From IMG/VR virus record IMGVR_UViG_3300013288_000004, positions 127,360 through 191,359 of that record: a DNA stretch of 64,000 nt; one strand, 5' to 3'. The translations under genes and the position numbers were made by a program. A model generated the notes under the pieces. The model worked only from the letters and a program-made list of their open reading frames with translations. It searched no databases and was not told the DNA's origin. How positions within the stretch are numbered: the first letter of the stretch is position 1; every line of letters begins with the position of its first letter. Origin of the DNA: a virus. Taxonomy: Duplodnaviria > Heunggongvirae > Uroviricota > Caudoviricetes. Of the stretch, positions 27,144-35,954 are shown piece by piece.

Positions 27144-27359
27144 TTAATTTGAACGTTCTGCTGAACGCTGTAAATTAAATTGTGTGCTATTCCCATTTAT
27201 ACATGTCACCACCATCAAACCGTTTGCGGAATGAATTATTTCTTGGATTTTATCCTGACCACCACAAATATCTACAGCAAGATTTACTGTCCAACCCGGT
27301 ACAGTATCGCTACAGGCAGAAAGTAGAAATACAATCATAATTAACATTATTGTGCGCAT
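27144..27359 (-). CDS. small lipoprotein (paralog of 27360-27569)
   Basis: 71 aa; signal peptide + lipobox LLSAC; conserved ...CGGQDKIQEI... with neighbour. Confidence 0.5.
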   Translation of the reverse strand: MRTIMLIMIVFLLSACSDTVPGWTVNLAVDICGGQDKIQEIIHSANGLMVVTCINGNSTQFNLQRSAERSN

Positions 27360-27569
27360 TTACTTATCCTCTTGTAACTGAATTGAGTAGAATATACCAT
27401 TTTTACAATTTACTGAGCCGGAACTAGTAGATGCATCATAAAACATTTGCTGTATCTTATCTGCCCCGCCACAATGAATTGCGGCACTGTCAGCAACCCA
27501 TTGTGGGATTGCATCGTTACATCCAGCAAGTGATAAAATTAAAACTATTAAGATTGTGGTTTTGGCCAT
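27360..27569 (-). CDS. small lipoprotein (paralog of 27144-27359)
   Basis: 69 aa; signal peptide + lipobox LSLAGC; ...CGGADKIQQM... Confidence 0.5.
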   Translation of the reverse strand: MAKTTILIVLILSLAGCNDAIPQWVADSAAIHCGGADKIQQMFYDASTSSGSVNCKNGIFYSIQLQEDK

Positions 27570-27823
27570 GGTAGTAAGTCCGAATGTGGTAGTGGTCTAT
27601 TATTCACTGCTGCGAGAAGATTGTCAAGCATTCTTCTGACATCTTTGTCCGTATATCTTGGATGTTCATGACCTTCTAATAACATTAGACCAATGACTTG
27701 ATAAGCTTCATTACAAGCGGCTTGTAGCCTTTCTTTATGCTCTTTAATAGTGTCCGAATCTTCACAATTTTCAGACATGAACTTAATTGTGTCGTTTTTA
27801 TAAACTCTCATACAAATGGCCAA
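27548..27823 (-). CDS. hypothetical protein
   Basis: 91-aa ORF. Confidence 0.4.
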   Translation of the reverse strand: MAICMRVYKNDTIKFMSENCEDSDTIKEHKERLQAACNEAYQVIGLMLLEGHEHPRYTDKDVRRMLDNLLAAVNNRPLPHSDLLPWPKPQS

Positions 27824-28014
27824 ACACGCTTAGGAGCTTCATAGGGTTCTACCACAACTGGAGTGGGTTCTGGCTTATTAGCTTCTGCGATAGCACGAAG
27901 CAATTCGATATGATGTTCATTATCACGCTTAATACTTTCATCATAAGCTTGTTTTAAGACAAGTGCACCAAGCAATCCACCAGTGAGTAAATTATTGTCC
28001 ATCATCATTCTCAT
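27808..28014 (-). CDS. hypothetical protein
   Basis: 68-aa ORF. Confidence 0.4.
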   Translation of the reverse strand: MRMMMDNNLLTGGLLGALVLKQAYDESIKRDNEHHIELLRAIAEANKPEPTPVVVEPYEAPKRVWPFV

Positions 28015-28219
28015 TTGAGAGTTGTTTTTGTATAAGTTCTCTTAAAAGAGACTTTCCAGAATTACCTTTTGAGTATAATACGACCATTTGACCGGGTTTG
28101 CAACCACCAGCAAGTATTTCATTGATCGACATCATGGCATCAACCATAACTCGCCTACTTTCTTTCGTGACAGACTCATGTACTTGTGGATCATATAAAT
28201 GGAAGCTATTGGTGTTCAT
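27992..28219 (-). CDS. hypothetical protein
   Basis: 75-aa ORF. Confidence 0.4.
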   Translation of the reverse strand: MNTNSFHLYDPQVHESVTKESRRVMVDAMMSINEILAGGCKPGQMVVLYSKGNSGKSLLRELIQKQLSNENDDGQ

Positions 28220-28391
28220 ATTATTCCTAGTAATAAATGGCTAAGTAAAATCTCCACAAGTGTAAAACCTTATGATGACCGTCATAGTACGTCGAATAGT
28301 AACCAAATAATTTTTTGTTCGGTAATTTGTTTCTACTACAATATCCGCAAGTCACTTCACCATATCTAAGTATGTAAAATAACTCTTTCAA

Positions 28392-28727
28392 TTAACGGCC
28401 CCAACGATCTCTATGGCGCCTATCATGCCTGTAATTTCGATGATTGTCAAATCTATAGTTGTATTGATATTCGTAGCGATATCTATAATTACGAGGATAA
28501 TTGTAATAACCATATGGCCTATAATATCGTTGCCCATAATATGGATAACTTCGATAATAATTATATGGTGGTCTGTAATAACCGTTATAATAGCCATGGT
28601 TGCTATAGCGATCTACTGCTACCACAAAGTTCCCATTATCATAAATCAATCTTACATCACTATCCGCCTTAACGGTGCCAGCGAACAATGATGCTACCAA
28701 CGCAAAGATTACTAAAAATTTGTTCAT
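28392..28727 (-). CDS. secreted Tyr/Arg/Asn-rich low-complexity protein
   Basis: 111 aa; Sec signal MNKFLVIFALVASLFAGTVKA, then YYNGYYRPPYNYYRSYPYYGQRYYRPYGYYNYPRNYRYRYEYQYNYR... Confidence 0.55.
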   Translation of the reverse strand: MNKFLVIFALVASLFAGTVKADSDVRLIYDNGNFVVAVDRYSNHGYYNGYYRPPYNYYRSYPYYGQRYYRPYGYYNYPRNYRYRYEYQYNYRFDNHRNYRHDRRHRDRWGR

Positions 28728-28755
28728 GGTATTCTCCTAATGAACTTATAACTAT

Positions 28756-28989
28756 TTATGATCTAAAAGGCTTTAAATCCCGAATCATTTTATCTTTCAT
28801 ATCTTGTTGAAGTTTTTCTTTAAACAGTTGAATTTCACCTAAAACCGTGTTACCAATTATAGCTGGAATATTATTCCTGATTTCAGAATACTGCATGTCC
28901 TGCAAATATTCAACAGAGACATACAATTCCACTTTGTAATATGGTTTGAAATCCGATTCATTGATCAATAATTCTACATTATTCTTCAT
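28756..28989 (-). CDS. hypothetical protein
   Basis: 77-aa ORF. Confidence 0.4.
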   Translation of the reverse strand: MKNNVELLINESDFKPYYKVELYVSVEYLQDMQYSEIRNNIPAIIGNTVLGEIQLFKEKLQQDMKDKMIRDLKPFRS

Positions 28990-29329
28990 GAATTTTATAC
29001 TCTATTTCATTAGCATCAATTAATTTTACCCAGAACCTGATGCTCTTTGTAATCTTTTTCTTATTAATTACTGGTATCGATTCCTTCAACCACAAAAAAG
29101 TAATGCTATCATATGCTGGTGAACCCTTTTTGATATAAATTCTATCAATCTTTAATAAAGCATCTATGGGTAACTCACATCGTGTAAGTTTATTTGGTTC
29201 ATAGTAGCTAGGTCTTGGAAGACCTAGATACTCTCTCAACCCTGTGTTTCGATATTCGTCATAATAATTAAATGCCCATTCTGACGTTAATTTTAATACT
29301 GTGCCTAATGGCGGAATGAATAGTTTCAT
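28979..29329 (-). CDS. hypothetical protein
   Basis: 116-aa ORF. Confidence 0.45.
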   Translation of the reverse strand: MKLFIPPLGTVLKLTSEWAFNYYDEYRNTGLREYLGLPRPSYYEPNKLTRCELPIDALLKIDRIYIKKGSPAYDSITFLWLKESIPVINKKKITKSIRFWVKLIDANEIEYKIHEE

Positions 29330-29330
29330 T

Positions 29331-29534
29331 TCAATCTAATCCTAACCAGTGTTCCCATCCTTCAGTACCGAAGAAATCATCATTTCCTAATGGGTCAAGG
29401 AAGTTATCCTGAAGATATCCTAAAATGATATCAATGTCAACCTCCGACCCATCTCTAGAAACTTCCATAAATTTCTCGCCTATTAGCTTGAGGACTTCTC
29501 TCTGCTTCTTCTCTTTGAGATCGGTTAAGTTCAT
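29331..29534 (-). CDS. hypothetical protein
   Basis: 67-aa ORF. Confidence 0.4.
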   Translation of the reverse strand: MNLTDLKEKKQREVLKLIGEKFMEVSRDGSEVDIDIILGYLQDNFLDPLGNDDFFGTEGWEHWLGLD

Positions 29535-29537
29535 GAT

Positions 29538-29951
29538 TTATAGCTTGGTTATATTGATTTTTTGTACCTGAGAGATAAGGTAATTATCCTTCAACTCATA
29601 AACTCCAAGTCTGAAGTCCTCTTCGAAACCTTCACAATCTTCTTCAGCATAACGCCGAATAACATTCTGGATTTCATTCTCCCCGACGTTTACTTCGACC
29701 ACATTTTCATCTTCGTAATCGAATATCAGAAACTGTTTTGGTTTTTGAATGGTTTCTGATTTAGTATTTTGTGCTTGATCACGCAGGGTGATATACGCAT
29801 CATATAGTTGCTTTACTCTTACAGAAAAGCTCTTTTCGGGACAATTCCAATTTTTAAACAAGCTATCAGGCCCGTGTACAATGGCAGAGCCGTTTTCATC
29901 TATTACTAAAATACTGCCATTATCTAAAAAATCAAATCTACTAAAGTTCAT
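29538..29951 (-). CDS. hypothetical protein
   Basis: 137-aa ORF. Confidence 0.45.
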   Translation of the reverse strand: MNFSRFDFLDNGSILVIDENGSAIVHGPDSLFKNWNCPEKSFSVRVKQLYDAYITLRDQAQNTKSETIQKPKQFLIFDYEDENVVEVNVGENEIQNVIRRYAEEDCEGFEEDFRLGVYELKDNYLISQVQKINITKL

Positions 29952-29969
29952 TATGGATTTTCCTTGATC

Positions 29970-30398
29970 TTATTTAAACAGGCTGGCGATTTCATCAATT
30001 TCCATCGCAGTTCTGGTGTCTTCACTGACCAACTTCTTAAGTTTCAGTTCAGCGGCTTCCAATTCCTTCTTCTTGGATTCCCAAGATACTACGCTTAGAC
30101 GGGTTTTGAAATCATCACACCATTCGTCTAGAGTATATCCATTCCACTGCAACACTTTCTGTGGTACTGACAACATGTTTGCCGCAATATCATTGAAATT
30201 CTGTTTCAGCAGTAGATGCGACAAAGCTTCAACCAATTTCTGTGGGTCCACGATAGTATTGATATTGAAAAAATCATTATTATCATACTTGAACACACCA
30301 TTAGTCTTATAACTAATTCGTGGCTTCTGGCCTAGTGCTTCTTTCTTAGAAGCAATGGTTTCCAGAAGAGCTTTAATTTTATTATCATTGTTTGACAT
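29970..30398 (-). CDS. hypothetical protein
   Basis: 142-aa ORF. Confidence 0.45.
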   Translation of the reverse strand: MSNNDNKIKALLETIASKKEALGQKPRISYKTNGVFKYDNNDFFNINTIVDPQKLVEALSHLLLKQNFNDIAANMLSVPQKVLQWNGYTLDEWCDDFKTRLSVVSWESKKKELEAAELKLKKLVSEDTRTAMEIDEIASLFK

Positions 30399-30414
30399 TT
30401 TATTTTCCTTTTAA

Positions 30415-31524
30415 TTATCGAATTTTGTGGATTTTGCCATATTCATTATGGGCAATTGCTTGATATAATTTAAGATTATTTAATTGTGTACTGAATTGAT
30501 CTTTTGGCAGTTTATGATAATCATAAAAATAATTATAACTATCTCGTGTTGGGCGTACACATAACACCTTATAACCGTCAATCATACATTCAATCCTACA
30601 ACGAATATTGATGATATCATCTTTAATTCCGTTATAGTCAAATTCATAATACTTTCCATCTTTACTTGAGAAGTAACCATAGCCCATAACTCTCGTATGT
30701 CCGTAGTGATTTACAATCTCAGGTACGACCTCTTCAAATGTAACTTTGGTTACGGGAGACCCATAGAATGACTGTTTTAATTTCTCATATTCTTCAGCAA
30801 AGTCTGAAGAAATTGCATCAGACAATTTGGATGCAATTTTTGTAAATCCTGTTTGAATCCAGTACTTTCCTGCCTTATCTTTATCAGTATGAAGGAATAC
30901 GTGTTTCTTTCCTTTATTCACTTGTTGATAAGCGGTGTACTTATCATTATCAAAGCCATAATCAGTTTCAAATTCGTAGTAATCCTCTCTGCCCAGATAA
31001 AGAACATTTTCCATGTCCTTATTCATGTAGACGCATCCGGGGATCATGTCACTCTTTGAAACCTTTGATAGCTTATGATCTGTGAAAACCTTTGATGACT
31101 GATATTCAACTGATTCAGTTGGGAGAAGAATTAGATTAGTACCATCCCACGCATACACAAATTCTCCCTCAAGACCCTTACCCTTCGTGGAAGTACATTC
31201 CTGAAGGATATAAAGAAGATTTTCTACAGAAATTTCAAATTCAAACCCACGCGGATCATACACGCGAATGTGGGCCATGCGATGATTCCAATCGCTACGA
31301 TAATCGCCAACCTTCTTGTTTAGAACAAAACCAGAAGTGGGTTCGTTCGGAAATTCCTGTGCATCAATCTTATGATCGCGCCAAGAGTCCCAACTCTTTT
31401 CCTTGCGGAGCACACCCTTCTCATCATAATAGATGATGTACGCCAACATTCCAGTATATGTATCAGAGCGCTTATTGAATCCGACTTTGATGGTCTTTGC
31501 GATGTTTAACTTATTATTGGACAT
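30415..31524 (-). CDS. hypothetical protein
   Basis: 369-aa ORF, no motif recognised. Confidence 0.5.
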   Translation of the reverse strand: MSNNKLNIAKTIKVGFNKRSDTYTGMLAYIIYYDEKGVLRKEKSWDSWRDHKIDAQEFPNEPTSGFVLNKKVGDYRSDWNHRMAHIRVYDPRGFEFEISVENLLYILQECTSTKGKGLEGEFVYAWDGTNLILLPTESVEYQSSKVFTDHKLSKVSKSDMIPGCVYMNKDMENVLYLGREDYYEFETDYGFDNDKYTAYQQVNKGKKHVFLHTDKDKAGKYWIQTGFTKIASKLSDAISSDFAEEYEKLKQSFYGSPVTKVTFEEVVPEIVNHYGHTRVMGYGYFSSKDGKYYEFDYNGIKDDIINIRCRIECMIDGYKVLCVRPTRDSYNYFYDYHKLPKDQFSTQLNNLKLYQAIAHNEYGKIHKIR

Positions 31525-31588
31525 GATGTATTCTTTGTTAGTGGTGGTAGTTGTGAAGACTATACTATCTTATGCTACAAGCGTCAAG

Positions 31589-32395
31589 TTATTTTGACAC
31601 TGGTACTTGCAGCATCCCTTTGAAGTCCATCGGAATGATAATAGTATTAACTTTACCGTCACGTACAGCCTCTGCAATCGTTACAGTGGCAGTTGCCTGC
31701 ATATAACCTACTGCACCAGCATTCGCGTTCAAAACTGCAATACGCTCAGCTTCCTTGCGTGCTGTGTCAACTTCTACTTCCTTTTGTAAGAAGCGATTCT
31801 TAGCCTCAACTAAAGCATTAGCAGATTCAATAATCTTGTCCGCTGGAAGAATATTCTTCACTAATACCTGTTGAATTAGAATAGACTCGGCAAGTCCTTC
31901 TGCGGCAAGAGAATCTATCATACTTTCCTTAATCTCTTGTTCAATGGATGCGCGATTATCACTCATTTTCAGTGATTCATACTTACGAGCAGATTTGTAT
32001 GCTGCATTGCGTGCAACCTGATGAACATAATTATACATCAATAGAATGTCTCCATCTTCACTGACAGCGTGGAAGCTACGATTCTTGTCAATATAAATGT
32101 CTGCAACTTGCGAAATATTTAGACTGTAAATAACAGCCATGTCAAAATCTTTTACTGTGCTATTGTCGGATGCGAGCGGAGTCATATCTTTAACTTCTAC
32201 TTGAACATCTTTCGTAGGAAATGTAAGTACATCACCAATCAAATGTTGATTGAATGATCCCGGTACAAGCTCATCAGTTTTAACTTGCTTATCAAATCCT
32301 ACACGGACGCCTACTTCACCAGTTTCGATACGGGTACAGCCGACAGCGAAAGCTGAGATGGCAATTGCTAGGGACAACTTTGTAAGTTTATTCAT
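31589..32395 (-). CDS. SPFH/band-7 (prohibitin/HflK-like) domain lipoprotein
   Basis: 268 aa; signal + lipobox AFAVGC; SPFH-type core with coiled-coil C-terminal region (EAKNRFLQKEVEVDTARKEAERIAV). Confidence 0.65.
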   Translation of the reverse strand: MNKLTKLSLAIAISAFAVGCTRIETGEVGVRVGFDKQVKTDELVPGSFNQHLIGDVLTFPTKDVQVEVKDMTPLASDNSTVKDFDMAVIYSLNISQVADIYIDKNRSFHAVSEDGDILLMYNYVHQVARNAAYKSARKYESLKMSDNRASIEQEIKESMIDSLAAEGLAESILIQQVLVKNILPADKIIESANALVEAKNRFLQKEVEVDTARKEAERIAVLNANAGAVGYMQATATVTIAEAVRDGKVNTIIIPMDFKGMLQVPVSK

Positions 32396-32415
32396 TGGTC
32401 TTTTCCTTGATTAGT

Positions 32416-32592
32416 TAAAATAATGTAACGAAGAGGTATAGCGTGATACTTGTTAATGCTGTTACAATCAGTGCGTATGTCCACTTTTGATTTGTCCTGA
32501 GCTTTACATGATACACGTGCTTGGCTACATAGTCAATACCGAAGAAGAATACACAGAAGAATGCAACGATTGTTAGAATAATTTTGATCATG
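32416..32592 (-). CDS. small two-helix membrane protein (possible NfeD-like partner of the SPFH protein)
   Basis: ~58-codon ORF not in the supplied track (below cutoff): MIKIILTIVAFFCVFFFGIDYV...ALIVTALTSITLYLFV; immediately upstream of the SPFH gene. Confidence 0.3.
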
Positions 32593-32689
32593 TTATGTCC
32601 TTATTACGAGCAACTGTGGCATGTTCCTTTGTGAACCTTTTCACTATCTGGTGTTGGCACTACGCCACGTTTAATAATTTTCATGATTT

Positions 32690-33406
32690 TCATGATTTTC
32701 TAATCTCCGAATCTCTGTGTGGTACTTTACGACGATTAAAAGCGCCATCGTCTATGACGTGTCTGACAATCTCTAAATCAAGACCATCAATATAATCACC
32801 ATCGATAATACAATCCAATAATTCTTGATAAGGGATTGTATAACGTTCTCCATCTACTACAAATTCCACCCTGAGTGATTCGTCATATGAATGGTTCTTT
32901 GTAAGTTCGAAATCGTCCTTCTTTGATCTATCTGTACAAAGTTCCATATATGATACACACATACAATCTACCGTATATCGAGCATGCTCAGAGAACCAAT
33001 TAAAAATTTTTAATAATTTTTCATTATCCTTGATCTTGTTAGAATTAGATTTAGGCTTAGAATCCTCTTTCTCTTTTTTACATGCATCCGATCTTGAGTC
33101 ATAAATCACCAATTCCACTTTTTCGCGAATAACATCAACCATGCGAGATCGCAAATGCTGCGCGATAATATGCACATTTTCTATAACTTGTGCAGTTGTA
33201 TGTTTAGAATGAGAATAGTGCATCGTGGCATAACACTTCACACCTTCACCTAAACAGATGTCATTTTCGATGCACGAAAATATCCAACCAGTCTCTTCTA
33301 CGATAGGTTTAAGCTCTGAAGCTTTACCAAGCATTGTGACATGGCATTCATAATATTGTTTCATTTGATAGTGTTCTTTTGTATGTGGACACAAACATAG
33401 TAACAA
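32690..33406 (-). CDS. hypothetical protein
   Basis: 238-aa ORF. Confidence 0.5.
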   Translation of the reverse strand: MLLCLCPHTKEHYQMKQYYECHVTMLGKASELKPIVEETGWIFSCIENDICLGEGVKCYATMHYSHSKHTTAQVIENVHIIAQHLRSRMVDVIREKVELVIYDSRSDACKKEKEDSKPKSNSNKIKDNEKLLKIFNWFSEHARYTVDCMCVSYMELCTDRSKKDDFELTKNHSYDESLRVEFVVDGERYTIPYQELLDCIIDGDYIDGLDLEIVRHVIDDGAFNRRKVPHRDSEIRKS

Positions 33407-33430
33407 GCATAAGACGATATGTCAAGAACG

Positions 33431-33460
33431 AAAAAGGCCAGCGCAAGCTGGCCTTTTTCT
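33431..33460. terminator. rho-independent terminator hairpin (bidirectional)
   Basis: AAAAAGGCCAGC-GCAA-GCTGGCCTTTTT perfect 8-bp GC stem flanked by A/T runs; ends the minus-strand tRNA array. Confidence 0.6.
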
Positions 33461-33597
33461 GAATCACAATAAGTTGCTAAAATGGTTCGAATAGCTTTCG
33501 CTATTTTGTCCGGGTTTGAACCAGACTCGCGATCCGATGATTAAGTCGAACGTTTCTCCAAGGTAAACCAGATTAATCGACTGTGAAAAAAAACTGA

Positions 33598-33683
33598 GGA
33601 CAGTGTGGGATTCGAACCCACGGCCCCTTTCGGAGCTTCACTTTTCAAGAGTGACGTGATAAACCTGACTCCACCAACCGTCC
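33598..33683 (-). tRNA. tRNA-Ser(TGA), type II with long variable arm
   Basis: GGACGGT-TG-GTGG-AGTCAGGTTTAT-CAC-G-TCACT-CTTGAAA-AGTGA-[AGCTCC-GAAA-GGGGCC]-GTGGG-TTCGAAT-CCCAC-ACTGTCC-T. Confidence 0.8.
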
Positions 33684-33726
33684 GTAATACATTACCAGTA
33701 AGTTATCAACAATCAAATGCGAACCG

Positions 33727-33800
33727 ACGCTAGTGTTGGATTCGAACCAACTAATTCCCAAATTTTTGGCGGGAAGATAATGATCATCTATCGACTGATA
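33727..33800 (-). other. tRNA-like unit c: T-arm GTTGG-TTCGAAT-CCAAC + acceptor 3' strand; upstream leader with CAGTCGATAGATGATCATTATCTT; no 5' acceptor partner found
   Basis: Direct inspection; member of a repeated promoter-leader-tRNA-like family. Confidence 0.25.
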
Positions 33801-33937
33801 AATTCAAAATTATTGTAGTAAGTTATTCGTAAGGAATTATGGGCACGCGGCCCAATTCACCAATTGAAAGATAATCCTTAGCAGATCGACTACAAATTCT
33901 ATTTATATGTTTGCCAATAAGTTTTAGTAAAAGTTTT

Positions 33938-34022
33938 GGTGCCATACCCAAGGTGGGATTCGAACCCACAGTCTTTTTTAAGATAATCTTCTACAAATCG
34001 ACTGACAATTTTATTCTATTTA
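33938..34022 (-). other. tRNA-like unit d: TATAAATA, CAGTCGATT, AGATTATCTT leader, perfect T-arm GTGGG-TTCGAAT-CCCAC, ...GGCACCA 3' end; no 5' acceptor partner
   Basis: Direct inspection. Confidence 0.25.
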
Positions 34023-34098
34023 TACATGTTCAAGTAAGTTAAACAATGAAAGATGTTTTGACGGCTGGCTAACCACTTGCCTACCAGTTCTATTTCTA

Positions 34099-34180
34099 GT
34101 ACCCGGATGGGATTCGAACCCACGTGCTGCTGTTTGCTTGATAACCTTTACATCTTCGACTTAAACAATTTTATTCTATT
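34099..34180 (-). other. tRNA-like unit e: upstream TAAATAGAAT + AAGTCGAAG motif, T-arm GTGGG-TTCGAAT-CCCAT; no 5' acceptor partner
   Basis: Direct inspection. Confidence 0.25.
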
Positions 34181-34189
34181 TAGTACATT

Positions 34190-34402
34190 CTACACTTTTG
34201 TTTTCTTGTTGTCAACTACTTCAATCCGTTCCAACATATCAATCCACCATTGTGGGTCTTTTGTTTCGCGCCATCTACCGTATGGTCCACAACCCCATTG
34301 ACATGCACATCTTGGCCATGCTCCATGTTTCTTAACAAATTCCACAATCCACTTTTCGGTTTCATCTATTGATTTACCGCAGTTACGATCACAATACAGC
34401 AT
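34190..34402 (-). CDS. hypothetical Cys/Trp-rich protein
   Basis: 70-aa ORF; CDRNC...CACQWGC. Confidence 0.4.
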   Translation of the reverse strand: MLYCDRNCGKSIDETEKWIVEFVKKHGAWPRCACQWGCGPYGRWRETKDPQWWIDMLERIEVVDNKKTKV

Positions 34403-34403
34403 A

Positions 34404-34589
34404 TCAATATGTTTTCCTTGGCCAATCCAAATCCTCTGCGATTAGCCTAGCATGTTCGATAGAATCTGCCAATACCGTTTTCCAGTTTCTACCCCAATGA
34501 CTATCTAGTCCACCTTGAGAAACAAAGAAGTCATACTCTTTTACAAAATATTTACCACCATCATTTTTAAATACTTTATACTTATCCAT
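34404..34589 (-). CDS. hypothetical protein
   Basis: 61-aa ORF. Confidence 0.4.
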   Translation of the reverse strand: MDKYKVFKNDGGKYFVKEYDFFVSQGGLDSHWGRNWKTVLADSIEHARLIAEDLDWPRKTY

Positions 34590-34603
34590 AATGTACTCTA
34601 ATT

Positions 34604-34679
34604 TGGAGTCTCGTGAGAGAATCGAACTCCCCTAAAATCCGGGTTGCAATCGGATACATAGCCACTCTGTCAACGAGAC
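34604..34679 (-). tRNA. tRNA-Cys(GCA)
   Basis: GTCTCGT-TG-ACAG-...-TCCGA-TTGCAAC-CCGGA-TTTTAG-GGGAG-TTCGATT-CTCTC-ACGAGAC-T-CCA; anticodon GCA with U33/A37; one A.C mismatch in anticodon stem, 6-nt variable loop. Confidence 0.55.
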
Positions 34680-34776
34680 ATTATTAATTCAGTAAGTTTT
34701 ATTGACGGTTATGGGAGTTTTCATAATAGTTGATAACCCATAGTTGTCCTTCGACTGAATATTCTTACAATTCTAT

Positions 34777-35127
34777 TTATGTTTTCTTAAAGTGCTTTTT
34801 AAGCACGTCAATCATGTTGCTATTATTAAAAACAACACCTAATACATAAGATGCTACAGTTCTTCCAGTTTCAATTGGACCGTCCCACGATTTATAAGCA
34901 AAACCATACGGTTCTCCCCATTCTTCAAGTAAGACCTTTTTAGCATCTTCAAATTCATCATCATTAAATTTCCAGACATTAGCATCAACAATGATACCAT
35001 TGTTCCAATTTATAATTACGTATTCTTTCTCTGGATCATCGTTTCTAAGTAAATTAAATGCGATAGCCATGATGGTCTCAATAACGCTTAATCGTAATTT
35101 TTGGCTTAGTACTAATTTCAATTTCAA
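34777..35127 (-). CDS. hypothetical protein
   Basis: 116-aa ORF. Confidence 0.45.
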   Translation of the reverse strand: MKLKLVLSQKLRLSVIETIMAIAFNLLRNDDPEKEYVIINWNNGIIVDANVWKFNDDEFEDAKKVLLEEWGEPYGFAYKSWDGPIETGRTVASYVLGVVFNNSNMIDVLKKHFKKT

Positions 35128-35332
35128 TTGAAGTTGCCTTGTAAACTATAAAGTCTACATCATCTTCGGTATACTCATTTTCGTCCAAATATCTTTGAAC
35201 TTCATCTTCAATTTCATTGAATTCAATTGCTTCTGCTACAAGTTCACCATTATTAACATCCATAATGACATACAATGAACCGTCATCATCTGCTGATACA
35301 GCAGCACAGCTACAGCTATTTTTCTTTGCCAT
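35078..35332 (-). CDS. hypothetical acidic protein
   Basis: 84-aa ORF. Confidence 0.4.
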   Translation of the reverse strand: MAKKNSCSCAAVSADDDGSLYVIMDVNNGELVAEAIEFNEIEDEVQRYLDENEYTEDDVDFIVYKATSIEIEISTKPKITIKRY

Positions 35333-35411
35333 TTTACAATCCTTTTTTTTTTGTTTTGTTTTAGAAAGATCATTTTATGAGAAGAGTTATAAATGACACC
35401 CTCTTTACTTA

Positions 35412-35831
35412 TCAAATCTTTATTGCGTTTTCAAGCTCTTTTGCGTTGCTGAACCAGCCATTTTCAAAATCTGACCTGCGTCCATCAAAGGTGAAGCTAA
35501 TGAACCACTCATTTCCACCAATGTCAAACTTCTGCCAAGACCCTCTTTCAACATCACAATAATTATAATCAATTAAAGGCAGATTCAACTCTTTTAAATA
35601 ATCTACTATTTCATCCGTAGCTGGGATGATATCTAGAGGAAAATAATCCACATTTTCTTCCAAAACTTCTCGAATATCATCCTTATCACTATTACACAAG
35701 AAATATTCTACAATTAAGGCCAGACATACTCTTGCAGAAACGGACATGTTGTATTTAGTACAAATTTTTCTGATGTTTACCAGAATGTCATTCATTCTGT
35801 TCCACTCGTACTGTCTGACATTTTCCATCAA
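35412..35831 (-). CDS. hypothetical protein
   Basis: 139-aa ORF. Confidence 0.5.
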   Translation of the reverse strand: MMENVRQYEWNRMNDILVNIRKICTKYNMSVSARVCLALIVEYFLCNSDKDDIREVLEENVDYFPLDIIPATDEIVDYLKELNLPLIDYNYCDVERGSWQKFDIGGNEWFISFTFDGRRSDFENGWFSNAKELENAIKI

Positions 35832-35954
35832 TCAGTGGATATCCACAAGTAGTTGATATGAGATAAAAAACGTACATCATAACCGCCATCAACACAACCC
35901 CGATTCCTGCTCCGGCCATCGCAGTATATTTTTCTGTTTTAGATCGCCATTTCA

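Noticed and set aside
28388-28691. ORFs 28388-28597 (-) and 28413-28691 (+), made of Ile/Val/Thr repeats
   Set aside because: Alternative-frame and antisense readings of the low-complexity Tyr-rich gene; only the signal-peptide-bearing frame (28392-28727) is plausible.
33700-34180. Permuted or split tRNA genes (3' half upstream of 5' half) to explain tRNA 3' halves lacking partners
   Set aside because: No complementary 5' acceptor strands found on either side within ~300 nt, even allowing GU pairs. Kept only as an untested possibility in the finding.
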